A DNA stretch of 64,000 bases from Octopus bimaculoides (taxonomy: Eukaryota). The notes under the pieces were generated by a model. It did no database searches, had not been told where the DNA came from, and saw only the letters and a list, made by a program, of their open reading frames with translations. Positions 22,271-35,426 of this stretch are shown one piece after another; position 1 is the first letter of the stretch, and each line of letters begins with the position of its first letter. The DNA lies in the NCBI RefSeq assembly GCF_001194135.2, contig NC_068992.1, positions 2,618,885-2,682,884 on the forward strand, written 5' to 3'. Position numbers and translations under genes: made by a program.

Positions 22271-24793
22271 TCACTTGTGTGTGTGTGTGTGTGTGTGGTG
22301 AGAGAGTTTAGGAATGTCAAAGATGATTTCCTTCATCTCCTTCCTTTTAACAAACCAAATGTTCTTTCTTGGAAGGTGCTATGGTGTTATGTTAGCCTGA
22401 GGTGTTGCTGCTCGCTAGAAGTGTCATAAGATTTTCTTTGCACACCTCTCTCTCGTATTCAAATTTTGAAAGGCAATCTCTGGCTGAACATAATTTGTTA
22501 TAAAGTTTTCTCCTAAACTGAAATCAATTGCTGCATAGCTCAGAACAAAGTAAAAATGAAAAAAAAAAAGAAAAAAAAGTCATAGACTTAGAGAACTTTT
22601 TAGTCTAAGCTTCCTTATTTCTTTGACTATATTCATATCAATCTTTTTGTCAATTTTTTTATTCCTTTCAATATTTTATGTTGAACTTAGAAGTGAACCA
22701 ATTCCTACACATACAAACACATATACAAATACACAGAACATACATTACAATATTGTAAGGTAGGTACTAACTCTACAATTACAACAAATGTGGTTCACAA
22801 TTTGGTTTTTTGTCAAAATTCTCAGTATTTTATTTCGGTTACACAAAACCTTAGAAAAAATTTTTTAATTAAAAAAAAATAGAAAACCTTTATGTTTTCC
22901 ACTTTGCCTACTCTTGAAGTCAATTAAGATAACTTGTAATTAACATTTGTGAAAATAATTAGCCAACCAGAAAATACTCATTTGTTGGTCAAAGGCTTAT
23001 CAGTTTTCAATACAGAATCAACTCAAGTCCTTTCACTTCCTTGTTTTTGATTCCATTGAGTGTAATTATACAAACATCCCCCTAAGATAAATAAGTCAAT
23101 TTATATCACCTCTTTATATCATTCTTCCTTACAAACTATGCCTTCTGAATTCCCCCCCCCACACACACACACACACACAACCAAAAATTTTATTTTATGT
23201 GTGTATATTTGATCTGATACAAAAAGCAATGCTTTTAAGATAAAACTTTTCTTATACACTGCAAACCAAAAATAGAATTCAAAAGAACTTGTCTCTTTCT
23301 TTCTCTGGCTATTTCTATATCTAATGGAACTGTTCTTGTCACAAGACTCCTGAATGTGTCTCTAACTCACTTAACAAAGAATACAAACCATTTCAATGCA
23401 TTATTACAAAAGACTTAAATTTTTTAATGGGTCAAATGTTTGTCATCCCCAAATTCTCTACTTAATATTAACATCAACATTAGACAAAATTATTTGTTTT
23501 GCATTTCAATTCTTTTCTTTTTTTTTCTTAGTTTATTTTCTATTTGTTATTAATTCCTTCTGTTTTCTTTTTATTTTATTCTCTTTTGTTGTTTTGCTTC
23601 TTTTTCAGTCAAGAATTTTCTGACACTTGTTTTAGAAATTTTTCAAACCTTATACCATTGTACACACAATGCCCTTTGCATGCCTGAATGACCGAACGAT
23701 AATGTGTTCCTAATTCTAAGATACAACAGTACAAAGTATTGGGATGGTGTTGTTAGTCTCAAAGGGGGATAATTCTTTCAAGCAAGTTATATTTTTAATA
23801 CCAGAATGAGCTTACAAAGAAATACAATTTGTTACGATTGATCTTTTGCTTGTGGTCAGTCTGTCAATGCTGGAAAGCCTATACAAATGAAATGGTTCTA
23901 ATGTAGAAGAAAATCTGAAAATTCTAAATGTTATCCACCATTAAAAGAAAATGAATGCAATAGCTGTCATTTTGATATACACATCACACAACATTTACTG
24001 GCAAACTAAAACCTTATCAAAAACTGAATATGTTTGCTTTAATGAAATAAACTTACTGAAAACACGATATTTCCTTGTATAGCATGGATATTCTGTAGCC
24101 CTGTCGTTAACAGTTACTACGAGGTCATTATGGAATATGTACTGCTTAAATCATCAATTCAATTTTTGCTTTAATTATTATTGACTTAATAATGCTTCTT
24201 CAATAAGAAAACTTTATGAAGGATACACCTAGCGTATAAAAGTAACGTATTGTTGTAAATTTGCCACAGAGTAACCAGATTAGTCTACTTCCAATAGTGT
24301 TATTTTTTTATTAATGGTTTTTGGTTGCTATGCTGGCAAAGAATTTATAGTTTATTTATACATAATAACTGCAGCCAATATAACCAAACCTGAGAGAATT
24401 ATACAAATTGGTGGTGGTGGTGGTAGTGGGGGTGAAATGGTGTGGGATATTGATGGCAGATTAAATATGAGCAGGTTCCTTCACCTAAAACCATTGTGTG
24501 TGTGTGTGTGTGTTATGTAAGAGAATTATCTCTATTAAGTCATCTCTCATAAATATTATTATAGTCATGCCACCACTACAGTCTTGTTTTGTTGGTTTCA
24601 GTTTAATTGTTTCTGAAATACATCCACCATAATATGTGAGGTTCTCAAAACTTAACCCCATCTTCCATAACTTTTGTTTCCATCAATTCAATGAAATGGA
24701 GCATTCATCATTTATAGAATAACCCCACTGTTTACAGTCGTGTGTTACACCTCCTCATTGTACTTATTTATTAGTTGGATATTCCAAGTCATT

Positions 24794-25050
24794 GTGAAGG
24801 TGGATGGCTCAGTGCTTAGAGTATTAGGCTCACAGCCATGAGGTAGTGAATTCGATCTCCAGACTGTGCTGTGTGTTTTGTTCTTGAGCAAGACACTTTA
24901 TTTCACATTGCTGCAGTTCACTCAGTTGTACAAATGATTTGTAGAAAGGCTGATACAGCTAGTGCCAAGCTGTATCAGCCTTTGCCTTTCTCTTGGATTA
25001 CATCGGTAGTGTAGAGAGGGAAGACTTTTATGCATGAGTGACTGTTTATG
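24794..25050 (+). mobile_element. Family E SINE
   Basis: TGGCTCAGTG...GAATTCGATCTCC...TTCTTGAGCAAGACACTTTATTTCAC. Confidence 0.85.
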
Positions 25051-25169
25051 TATGTATTTATCTATCTACTGGTTTGTCTGTCTCTCTCTCTCTCCATGTA
25101 TGTATGTACAACAGACCAATAGATAGATAGAGAGACAGACAGACAGAGACACAGACAAATACCGTTCAA

Positions 25170-25410
25170 GCGTGGTTGATGCCAGTGCCACCTGACTGGC
25201 CCTTGTGCTGGTGGCACAAAAAAAGCATCCACTACACTCTTGGAATGGTTGGCATTAGGAAGGGCATCCAGCTGTAGAAACCTTGCCAGATCAGTTTGGT
25301 GCCTGGTACAGCCTCCTGGCTTGCCAGACCCCAGTCAAACCATCCAACCCATGCCAGCAAGGAAGGCAGACGTTAAACGATGACAATGACAATGCTGATG
25401 ATGATGATGA
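25170..25410 (+). mobile_element. RTE 3' UTR fragment (family C)
   Basis: GGCATTAGGAAGGGCATCCAGCTGTAGAAAC...CCAACCCATGCCAGC...GACGTTAAACGATGA and a (GAT)n tail. Confidence 0.9.
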
Positions 25411-26989
25411 AACATCATTTAACTTCAAATTCATCAATTAATTCATCTCTAGGAATATTCAGAGGTCTTAATGACAGAGAAGGGGATTTGAACCCCTTGA
25501 CCTATTGTTTTATGCAATCTATAATGAACAACACATCTCATTTCAGTTTATATACCCTCAGATCCATCTTGATGACAGGAGGTGCTCCTGAGAATTTATT
25601 GTAACATTCATACTATTAAGCATTTAAATGACCTCTATCTTTTTATTAGTTTTGAAATCTTTGACTGTTGAGAAATTTAACCTCACTACTACAGCCTAAC
25701 AGAAATATATCTGCTATACAGTACCCCAATTTTATACTGGAGTGAGCAGTACTTCATCGTGGTACCTATTTATTGTAATAGAAAATAAATCTGTTGTACA
25801 TTAGACCCAATTTTATCCTGAAAGGTGTACTTCATTATAAGATCTATATATACTGTGATAGAAAATATATCACTGAAATGTAAAGATGTTACTTTGAAGA
25901 CACTTTAGCCTTTGCAATGGAATATAGACTGCTGCAGGCTTAAGAAGAATTAGTTGCTTTTCGTTCATTGTATGGCACCTTGGCCAAGAATTTTTTTTGT
26001 TTTAATCATAGCTGACCTTTGGTTACCAAAGCTTTCTGAGTGAAATTTAGTGCACAGAAATTGTGTGAGGGTCATTATATAACAGAAAAAATGCAAGAAA
26101 CATGACATAGAATTCTTCAGATAAATATATAAATGAATAAAAGACTATTTTGTCACACACTGACATTTATTAAGACAAATTACTTTCTGTTGATGGAGTT
26201 TCTTCTCAATCATCATTAGAGCACAGTGTTGTTTAACTTGATAAAATGGTTGACATACAGTGCTGATTGCTAATCTTGATTAGTAATGGAAGCAATATTA
26301 GTATCAAACAGCAATCTTTATATCCTACTTAATGTGGATGTATTATTAAAACACTGAATACAGCGGTATTTGCCTTGAGAGGTCCTCTCATATAGATGTA
26401 TGATGCTAAGAGTGCAGACATATATCGTAGCAGATGAGAACCTTCTGGAATAAACACCAACTCTACCAGTTCCTATGATTTCCACATACTGTATTTCCTC
26501 AGTGACAGGCATCTGGTTGCTGCATATCAGCTAAATCTTTTCTGCCAATGATATGTAGCATCACAGTGAGTTTTCAGTCACTGATGTCACAAATTGCCAG
26601 CTGTTAACAAAAATATTTAGTTAATAGCCTAATTAGGTAAATTAATGAAATTTGAGGAGATTGAAATAAATAGTTGGAAAATTTACAAAACGAGTCATGC
26701 TTTCCTAATGCCAACCACTTTACAGCATGGATTGGGTACTTTGTACGTGACACCAGAAGTAGTGAGGTCACCAAATAATTTACAAGATAAGATCCCTCAG
26801 CTGAAGGAGGGAGTTGTATTGAGGAAGGTGGCTCTGTGTTAGATGAAAGGAGTATGAGATGAGGGAATGAGACAAAAGGGAGAAGCTAAGACTTTTGCAG
26901 GGTTTCACATTGTAAATGAGGGATGAATTAATGATTCCGGGTAATATAACTAAAGGCCAGTAAGGTGAATATTATTGTTGTGTGATATT

Positions 26990-27372
26990 AACATCTGCTT
27001 TGGACAAAATGATAACGGACTGAGATACCCGACACCTTGCTGTACTCAAGAAGATCCATACCTCACAGCAGTAATGTTGAGGCTGCTCCCCTACATGAAG
27101 AGAGTTGGCCTGAAAGAGTCCTGTGTGAGTGTCATGTAAAAAGCATTTGTGGCAGTGCCATATGAAAGCACTCGTGTGGTGCCATGTAAAAGCCCCCAGC
27201 ACACTCTCTAACACAGTTGGTGTTAGGAAGTGCATCCAGCCATAGAAACCATGCCAAATCAGAACCTGGAGCCTGGTGCAGCTCTCTGCTTTGCCAACTC
27301 TGGTCAGACAATCCAATCCATGCCAACATGGAAAACAGACATTAAATGATGACGATGATGATGATGATGATT
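26990..27372 (+). mobile_element. 5'-truncated RTE LINE end (family C)
   Basis: Decayed C-terminus MITD*DTRHLAVLKK, then the family C UTR and (GAT)n. Confidence 0.8.
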
Positions 27373-28208
27373 AAAAAAACTAAGTTTCATTGGGTTGAGT
27401 TTGGAAATGGATGATGCTATGTAGTTCTGAGGGTTAGTAATTTTTTAATGTTTGATGGAAAGAAATGAAGAGAACTGAATGAATGCCATGTTTTCATGGA
27501 AAAAAAATGGTTGAACTAAATATCTGAAATGAGGTCATCAAAATTGAACAGAGAATTTTAAATGAAATAAAAAAAGACCAACCAGAAACAAGCAATTTCA
27601 CGAAGTTTTACTAAAACACACAACATCAGTTGCTTTTTGTGTATTTTTTTTTTACATTGATTTAATGTAAGATAGTTGTTATAACCCTCAAGTGGCTTGA
27701 GTGACTCACATTCACAGTGTGTGCACATGTGAGAGCGAGAGAGAGAGAGAGAGAGAGCATGTGTGTGGGAACATGGTTCTCATAATGTCTGCTAACGCTT
27801 GCGCAGAGTTAAATTTTATGTTTTACTTTTTAAATGTAAATAATGTTTTACGTCTGCTATTTCTGCCAAAACAATGGCAATATCGAATTAACCAGGGAAA
27901 ACAAAGATGTTGAAACATCAGGTTCAAAGTTCACAAGATTCTGGCAGATTTATCAGACTCTGCCAATGAATTGAATAAAATTCTAGATATTTCTAATTTT
28001 GCCCAAATATGTCAAAACTAATCATCACCACTAATTTCACACCAGGAATTAAATCATTTAAACATATAATACATGTTGTTAGGAATAAGTTCAGTTGTAA
28101 TAAAGCATCTAAGGATAGAAATAATCATGTCATATGTTTTAATTTGTAGGGATTTTACATTTTTTTTTTTTGTAGTTTATTACCTTAATTATTTCATTTA
28201 ATATGTGT

Positions 28209-28251
<43 letters not shown>

Positions 28252-28278
28252 GATTGTCATCTTGATTTTCTGATTCAG

Positions 28279-28700
28279 CAAATAAAGTGAGTTCACAGCT
28301 GTAACCTACACCAGCATCACACAACCAGCCCACTCATAAGTCCTTTGGATGGTAGGGCGACATGCCGTGCTTGAGGAGACCTATTGGGTCAAGTTCATCA
28401 ACATCAATATCAAAATCAAATCAAATCAAATTAGAATCAAATGGAAATTGTAGCTGTGACCCGTGTGCCGGTGGCACATAAAAAGCACCATCCAAACATG
28501 GCCGATGCCAGTGCCACCTTGACTGGCTTCTGTGGCGGTGGCACGTAAAAGGTACCATCCAATTGTGGTCAATGCCAGCCCCCTCTGGCCCCTGTGCCAG
28601 TGGCACATAAAAAGCACCCACTACACTCTCGGAGTGGTTGGCATTAGGAAGGGCATCCAGCTGTAGAAACACAGCCAGATCAGATTGGGGCCTCAGCAAC
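28279..28700 (+). mobile_element. RTE 3' UTR (family C) with three GTGCC.GTGGCAC...AAAAGCACC repeats
   Basis: Aligns with 1130-1430 from GCAAATAAAGTGAGTTCACAGCTG and continues into GGCATTAGGAAGGGCATCCAGCTG. Confidence 0.9.
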
Positions 28701-29567
28701 AATTGAACCCAGAACGTAAAGACGGACAGAATGCCACTAATCATTTTATCCACTAATGATTCTGGCAGCTGACCACCTTAAAACAGTTAGGATATTAAGG
28801 CTGGAGGCAGCTGACTTAAATACAAAAGGGTTAACAACTACACTGGTCTATCATAACTCCTCTCTTTCTTATTCTTATTGTTCATCTAGTTGCTGTTTGT
28901 CTTCTCCATCTCCCCCATCACAGCCATTTGGTTATTTACTCAAGTTTAGATTTAAAGTTGTTAATAGAATAGGCATTCAATGTTTCCCTCTGAGTATTTT
29001 GCTTCAACAATTTACTTGTCACTTCCTCATTACTTGCAAAACCGTTTTCTGCAGCAATCAATTCCAGTTAGCCAATAGTTACCATTGTCCTTGATCACAA
29101 CAATAAAAATAAAGCAGCAAAGTGTTTTTGCATGGTTCTGTAGAAATGAATACACAGAAGACAATTAATTGAAGCTTGGCTGTATCTGTTTGCATTAAAC
29201 ACTGCCAGACTGTTAGGATGTCAGTTAATGGCATCTTTATTCTGCGGTTGTAGGAAGTTCTGTGGGATGCAAATCCCCCTGTTTTATTTAAACATTATAT
29301 ATATATATATATCTATATATATATATATATATATNNNNNNNNNNNNNNNNNNNNNNNNNNNNNNNNNNNNNNNNNNNNNNNNNNNNNNNNNNNNNNNNNN
29401 NNNNNNNNNNNNNNNNNNNNNNNNNNNNNNNNNNNNNNNNNNNNNNNNNNNNNNNNNNNNNNNNNNNNNNNNNNNNNNNNNNNNNNNNNNNNNNNNNNNN
29501 NNNNNNNNNNNNNNNNNNNNNNNNNNNNNNNNNNNNNNNNNNNNNNNNNNNNNNNNNNNNNNNNNNN

Positions 29568-29611
<44 letters not shown>

Positions 29612-29662
29612 TATATACATATATGTTGATATATGCTTGTCTGTGTGTGTCTATATATATAC

Positions 29663-29694
<32 letters not shown>

Positions 29695-29919
29695 ATGTAT
29701 ATATATATACATATATATGCATGTGTGTGTATGTATATATATACAAACACACACACACCACACATGTATAGATAGAATGATGATAATCCTGATGATGATG
29801 ATGAGGAGGAGGAGGGGTATTTATTGCAGTAGCAGCAGCAGCAGCAGGTGGGACAACAGGGACAGCAGTAGCAGCAGCAGATGGGCCAGGTGTGACAGCA
29901 GTAGAAGGAGCAGGAAGAG

Positions 29920-30000
29920 GATGATCTTATCATCATTTAAGGTCCATGGGTTGGACAGTTTGACCGGGTCTGGCAGATCTAAGGACTGCATCATACTCCA
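29920..30000 (-). mobile_element. RTE 3' terminal fragment (family C)
   Basis: ATCATCATTTAAGGTCCATGGGTTGGACAGTTTGACC is the reverse complement of the family C end. Confidence 0.6.
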
Positions 30001-30739
30001 GAATCTACTTTGATACAGTTTCTCATCTCCAAGGGGAGATAAGCCACAGCGTTTAGGTAGGGTTGAAGAGTGGAAGTAGAGAGTGGTGGATAAGCGGTGG
30101 GGAATGACTAGTGATGCTGGAGTTGGAGGAGGGAGTAGACAGAAACAGAAGAGAGAAAGGAAGAGGAACAGGAATGTAAGGATGATACATTTGACTGAGG
30201 GTGGGGGAGGATGACGGAGAGAAAGAGAGAGAGATGATATGTAGTTAGGTAAGATGCAGAAGAAGGGTGGGGGAGAGAGGAAAGTATAGTGCATGAAGAG
30301 AGCTATTATGGTGGTTTAGTGAATGGGCTGATCAATGTAACATGCGAGTGGAGAGGACTTTATTAGCCCTTCAGTATTCCGATTATTGTCAAATGTAATG
30401 CTTATTTATTCGCATTGTTTTCAATTAATCATGCATTATCTCATAGTTTTGATATCTTAATGATGGTATTGTTTATTTTAGAGTGACTTTATAGGATAAG
30501 GTAGGTGTGAGAGGCTGGACCTGGTCAGTTGGACATAAAATGGACAAAATATTTGGGCCAGATATGGCTGGATTAAATGCTAAAAAGTTAATAGATAAAG
30601 AGTGACCAACAAGTGAAATGGTTCTGGGTAGCAAGGAAAATAGTGTTATGAAGGGAGAGCTGCAATGAGAGAGATGATAGGAAGAGATGAGGTCATGTGA
30701 GGCAGGGTTTCGGCAAAGGGCCTATTTATATATTTTTAT

Positions 30740-31317
30740 ATACACACAGCACTTCCAGAACTCAGTTTTGTGAAGATGGAAGGGTCTTCTCTAGAACCAC
30801 ATCTTACCAGTCATCTCAGTCCTTTGTCATCTCCTCCAGGGGGCTCAGTGTCCTGAAGTCAGCCATCTCCACCTTGTCTCTTATCTTCCTGAGTTTCTCT
30901 CTTCTACAAGCTCCGTTCGCATTCAGTGATCGTCACATCTTTGTACAACCGTCTTCATCTATAATCACCGCATATTCATACCAGCACAGTCTACATTCTT
31001 GCACACTACAGGATAAATTCTTCACTGAAATCATTCTAGATTCCCACTTTATTTACAGCATTTTTTGTACATGGTTTATACAGCACTCACAGGCCATTTG
31101 TCAATGTCTAATTTCCTTAGTGACCATCAGATTACAGTACATGGTACCCTGTCAAACGCCTTCTCCAGGTCAATGAATGCCAGGAATAATGGCTTACTCT
31201 TAGCCAAGTATTTCTTCTGCAGTTGTCTAACTGGAGAGATTGCATTCTTGATACTTCTTCCTGGCAAGAAGCCAAACTGCATCTCGTCTAAGTTTACCTT
31301 GTCATGAATCAAAGATA
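30740..31317 (-). mobile_element. RTE-clade LINE with a large internal deletion
   Basis: LIHDKVNLDEMQFGFLPGRSIKNAI...FLAFIDLEKAFDRVP (RT motifs), WSLRKLDIDKW and NDFSEEF, joined near 31014 directly to C-terminal VQECRLCWYEY...EEMTKD*DDW*DVVLEKT. The upstream end is cut by an N gap. Confidence 0.9.
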
Positions 31318-31401
31318 NNNNNNNNNNATATACAAACACACCACATATTTATGTATGTGTGTGTGTGCATACAAACAAATAGATAGATGTCTGTCTCTCT
31401 T

Positions 31402-31447
<46 letters not shown>

Positions 31448-31451
31448 AATA

Positions 31452-31835
31452 GGCACAGGCGTGTCTGAGTGGTAAGAAGTTTATTTTTCAATCACATGGT
31501 TCTGGGTTCAGTCCCACTGTATGTCTTCTACGACAGCTTCAAGCCAACCAAAGCCTTGTAAGTGGAATTAGTGAATGGAAACCGAAAGAAGCCTGTCATA
31601 TACATACGTATATGTGTGTGTGTGTGTTTGTCCTCCCACCATCCCTTCATAACCGGTGTTGGTGTATTTATGTCCCTGTAACTTAGTGGCTCAGCCAAAG
31701 AGATCGATAGAATAAGCACCAGGCTTACTAAGAAAGTATTTGGCTTGACTCATTCAACTAAAAACTCTTCAGAGCAGTGCCCCAGCAGGGCCACAGTCTA
31801 ATGATGGAAAGAAGTAAAAGATGAAATATAAAAAG
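31452..31835 (+). mobile_element. Family D SINE, full length
   Basis: Head GAGTGGTAAG...GGGTTCAGTCCC, central CCAAAGCCTTG, tail GTGCCCCAGCAGGGCCACAGTC...AAGTAAAAGA. Confidence 0.85.
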
Positions 31836-32279
31836 ATGCTACATCTCTCCCTACCCATTGGTCTGTCTGTTTGTCCACCTGTCTGCCTGATTATTTGTTT
31901 TTCACAGGGTATTAACCTCTGCTCTGTGACTGTTATAACATGTTTATATCGTTTATTATTGGCCACTCTGAGATTACCTGGATGTTTTTGATTACATAAT
32001 GCGTTTGATCATTTTGCAATGCCTTTGAGAATGCACTGCCAGAAATTGTATGCATATATCAGTTGTCTTTTCATGTATGCATACACACACACCTGTCTGT
32101 GTGTGTAGTGTGTGTGTGTTTGTAGTGTGTGTGTGTGTAGTGTGTGTGTATTGTGTGTGTGTGTTTAGTGTGTGTGTAGTGTGTGAAGTGTGTGTTTGTG
32201 TGTGTGTGTGTGAAGTGTGAGTTCGTGTGTGTGTTTATAGATATAGATATGTGTGTGGTGTGTCTGTGTGTATGTATAC

Positions 32280-32330
<51 letters not shown>

Positions 32331-33386
32331 GACAGAGACAGAGAGAGAGATCTATATAGATAGATTAATAGATAGATAGGCAGACAGGCAGACAGATAGA
32401 TAGATATATAGATAAATAGATATGTGTGGGGGTGGGTGTATGCATGTATCGCTTTTTCCTTAACTGATGTTGGTCAAAAGCAGGACATACTCTTCACCAA
32501 TGTCAGATCAGAAGGAATTTCCAGCCTTAAGTCTGTACATATCTCTACGAATATACGCATAAAAAATTTACCTTATTTGTTTCTAACACAATTTCTCATC
32601 GTGCAATTATATGAACATACACAAGCACACATACACATACACGTATGAACACATGCATTCTCTCTCTCCTCTCTGTCTGTCTGTCTGTCTCACCCTCTCT
32701 TTCTCTGGTATATATAATGTGCTGGAATCTATATGAAAATAGTTCTATCTTACCCACCAGGGTGAAGTAAAACATGGTTTTCTTCCTGTTCCACCTCCTT
32801 CATTCTTCCCCAGCCCTCACTCTCTCTCTTCTCGAAGACTGTGTATTTCGGGAACATTTTGGTGGAGTCTTATTTTTTTTATCTGATTATGAAGACATTA
32901 TCCCTACCTCACCCTGCCACCAATATATCCTTTGGATGACGCTGAACAAGGGTAGTAGTAGTAGTAGTAGTAGTAGTCGTGGTGGTGGTGGTGGTGGTGG
33001 TGGGTGGGTGTTTGGGNNNNNNNNNNNNNNNNNNNNNNNNNNNNNNNNNNNNNNNNNNNNNNNNNNNNNNNNNNNNNNNNNNNNNNNNNNNNNNNNNNNN
33101 NNNNNNNNNNNNNNNNNNNNNNNNNNNNNNNNTATGGCTAGTGGAATAACTACTTTGGATGCTATATCGGGACAAAATGCAAAAATGCAAAATATGAAAA
33201 CCTTCAAGCCTCTCTTGAGGACAGTTATATCTGCTGGAAACACTGTTGTTGCTGTTGGCATTAAACCAGGTTAGAACCAGTGTGTACAGACTCGAGAAAA
33301 CTGAAGCCTTTAACTGAAAATTACTGGATCTTTTCAACCATGACTTATTTCACTACAGCAGCAGCAGCAGCAACAACAACAACAAC

Positions 33387-33419
<33 letters not shown>

Positions 33420-33805
33420 GTGGTGGGTTGGTGGTGAAGGAAGATGGATATGGAGCCAATGGAATCTGTTTTCTTGTGTCAATATTAAACTAGAATAGTT
33501 TCTGTTGCTATGTCTTGAAAGAAGCCTCCTTACCATAATGTTTGAATTCTTGTCTTTTTCCAAAGTTTTTCGTCTTAATTTCACCATAAAAAAATATTTG
33601 TATTTTTATAATGTTTATCATTTAGTATATTGCATCATATTTACCATATTCTATAATGTAATTGTAAAATATTATTGTTAAATTGACAGAAATGTACATT
33701 GGGTTGTATGGGTAAGTTAAGTGAATGGAAGAGCTTAGAACGGAAATAAATATAAAAAAACTAGGAAGCTATTTTGAAGTCAGCACCACAAAACCATAAT
33801 ACATA

Positions 33806-33885
33806 TCATGATCATTTAACGTCCGTGTTCCCTGCTGGCATGGGTTAGAGGGTTTGACAGGATCCACTGGCCATGGAACTCACAC
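33806..33885 (-). mobile_element. RTE 3' terminal fragment (family C)
   Basis: ATCATTTAACGTCCGTGTTCCCTGCTGGCATGGGTT. Confidence 0.7.
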
Positions 33886-34022
33886 ATTCAGGGAGTGTGG
33901 AGTCAGATACATATATATATGTATATATATATATATACGAAAAATAAGAAAATGGAAAGATATCAATTAATAAGTATATTTATTAACTGCTGTTTCCAAC
34001 CTCTAATTGAGTTATATATATT

Positions 34023-34145
34023 ATTCAGTTCACTGCTTGGAATCGAACTCAGAATCTTGGGGTTAGTAGTCCATGCTCTTAACCACTACGCCATATGCCC
34101 GTGGGCTAATGACCCCAAGATTCTGAGTTCGATTCCAGGCAGTGA

Positions 34146-34186
<41 letters not shown>

Positions 34187-34332
34187 TCGAAAAATACCTT
34201 AGGAATGAGAACCCAGGTTCGAAATTTCCCCAAGACACCTGATGAAGGCTGGAGGGTATATCAGCTGAAACATTGTGTTAACAAGAAACAAGATGAGGAC
34301 AAATATCCGTCAAATGTAAATAATGTCAATAA
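34023..34332. mobile_element. Inverted family B head (34023-34106, minus) fused to a family B copy (34103-34332, plus)
   Basis: The junction GCCCGTGGGC|TAATGACCCC shares GGGC microhomology. Hammerhead motif at 34234-34279. Confidence 0.9.
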
Positions 34333-34369
34333 TATACTAATTTATTTGTATGCCTTGTTTCTTACACAC

Positions 34370-34923
34370 AACTCTTAGACACATTGGTTGAAGTTTCATA
34401 AAAACAAGAAATTCACTCGAGTAATCTGGTGACTGAGGCTCGTTCTCAATGACCAGTTTGGATCACACAGTGAGCTTGCTACTTTGGAAGCTGCTGGTTA
34501 CTTGCTTTGGTTACAAATTTCAGTTGAAGTTAAATATTCCAATAAAATTTATGGGAGAGTTTTAACAGCTACTAACTTATGATTAACCTGAACGAATAGG
34601 TAATTGCCCTGTGGGTGGTAACCAAAATGACAGTTGAGGAGCTTTACACAGAGACACATTGCTTGAAGTTTCGTAAAAGTGAGAAATATACTTGGGTAAG
34701 CTGGCAATTGAGGTTTATTCTCAATGACCAGTTTGGATCACACGAACTTTGGAAGCTGCTGGCTGCTTGCTTTGGTTACAAATTTCAGTTTAATTTAAGA
34801 GAAGTTAATTGAAGTTAAACATTCCAATAAAGTTTATGGGAGGATTTTAACAGCTACTAACTTACAATTAACCTATAACAAATAGGTAATTGCCCTGTGT
34901 GCGGTAACCAACATGACAGTTGA
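34370..34923 (+). repeat. Diverged tandem duplication, unit about 270-285 bp
   Basis: GACACATTG.TTGAAGTTTC...TTCTCAATGACCAGTTTGGATCACAC...GGTAATTGCCCTGTG...ATGACAGTTGA occurs at about 34377-34637 and 34651-34922. Confidence 0.95.
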
Positions 34924-35202
34924 ATTTTCTTGTTAGGGAGTACAGTAGGCTATTTGCAATATGCGGAGCCAAAATTATGGAGTGGTATAAATGGCTAAAA
35001 GCTTAGAATTAGTTTCCAAAGAGCTGTATTGGCAACAGAAGCTTTCCAGTTCAGTTTTCTAGGAAGCTGGTATTATTGTAGTACTAAACTTCTACATTTC
35101 TGTGATTTCAATTTGCAGATCTTTATAGTGAGAAAGCTATTTGTATTCCTTTCTTGAGACATATTATTATTATTATTTTTATTATTATTATTATTATTAT
35201 TG

Positions 35203-35341
35203 AAGGTGGCAAGTCGGCAGAATCATTTGCACCCTGGGAGAAATGCTTAGTGGAATTTCATTTCTCAGTACATCCTGAGTTCAAATTCCGCTGAGGTTGA
35301 CTTTACTTTTCTCCCTTTCAGAGTCAATAAATTAAGTAGTA
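35203..35341 (+). mobile_element. Family A SINE, 3'-truncated
   Basis: GGCAGAATCATT...CTGAGTTCAAATTCCGCTGAGGTTGACTTT; follows (ATT)n. Confidence 0.85.
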
Positions 35342-35426
35342 GTGTTAACAACAAGCAAGATGAGGACAAATATTCATCAAATGTAAATAATGTAAATAAT
35401 TTCTCATCTCTTAAATATAGAACTGT
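35342..35426 (+). mobile_element. Family B 3' fragment beginning at GTGTTAAC
   Basis: GTGTTAACAACAAGCAAGATGAGGACAAATA...CTCATCTCTTAAATATAGAACTG. Confidence 0.9.

Noticed and set aside
33134-33274. Open frame MASGITTLDAISGQ...VGIKP ending at CAG|GTTAGA
   Set aside because: It starts at a gap edge, has no recognisable homology and a weak donor.
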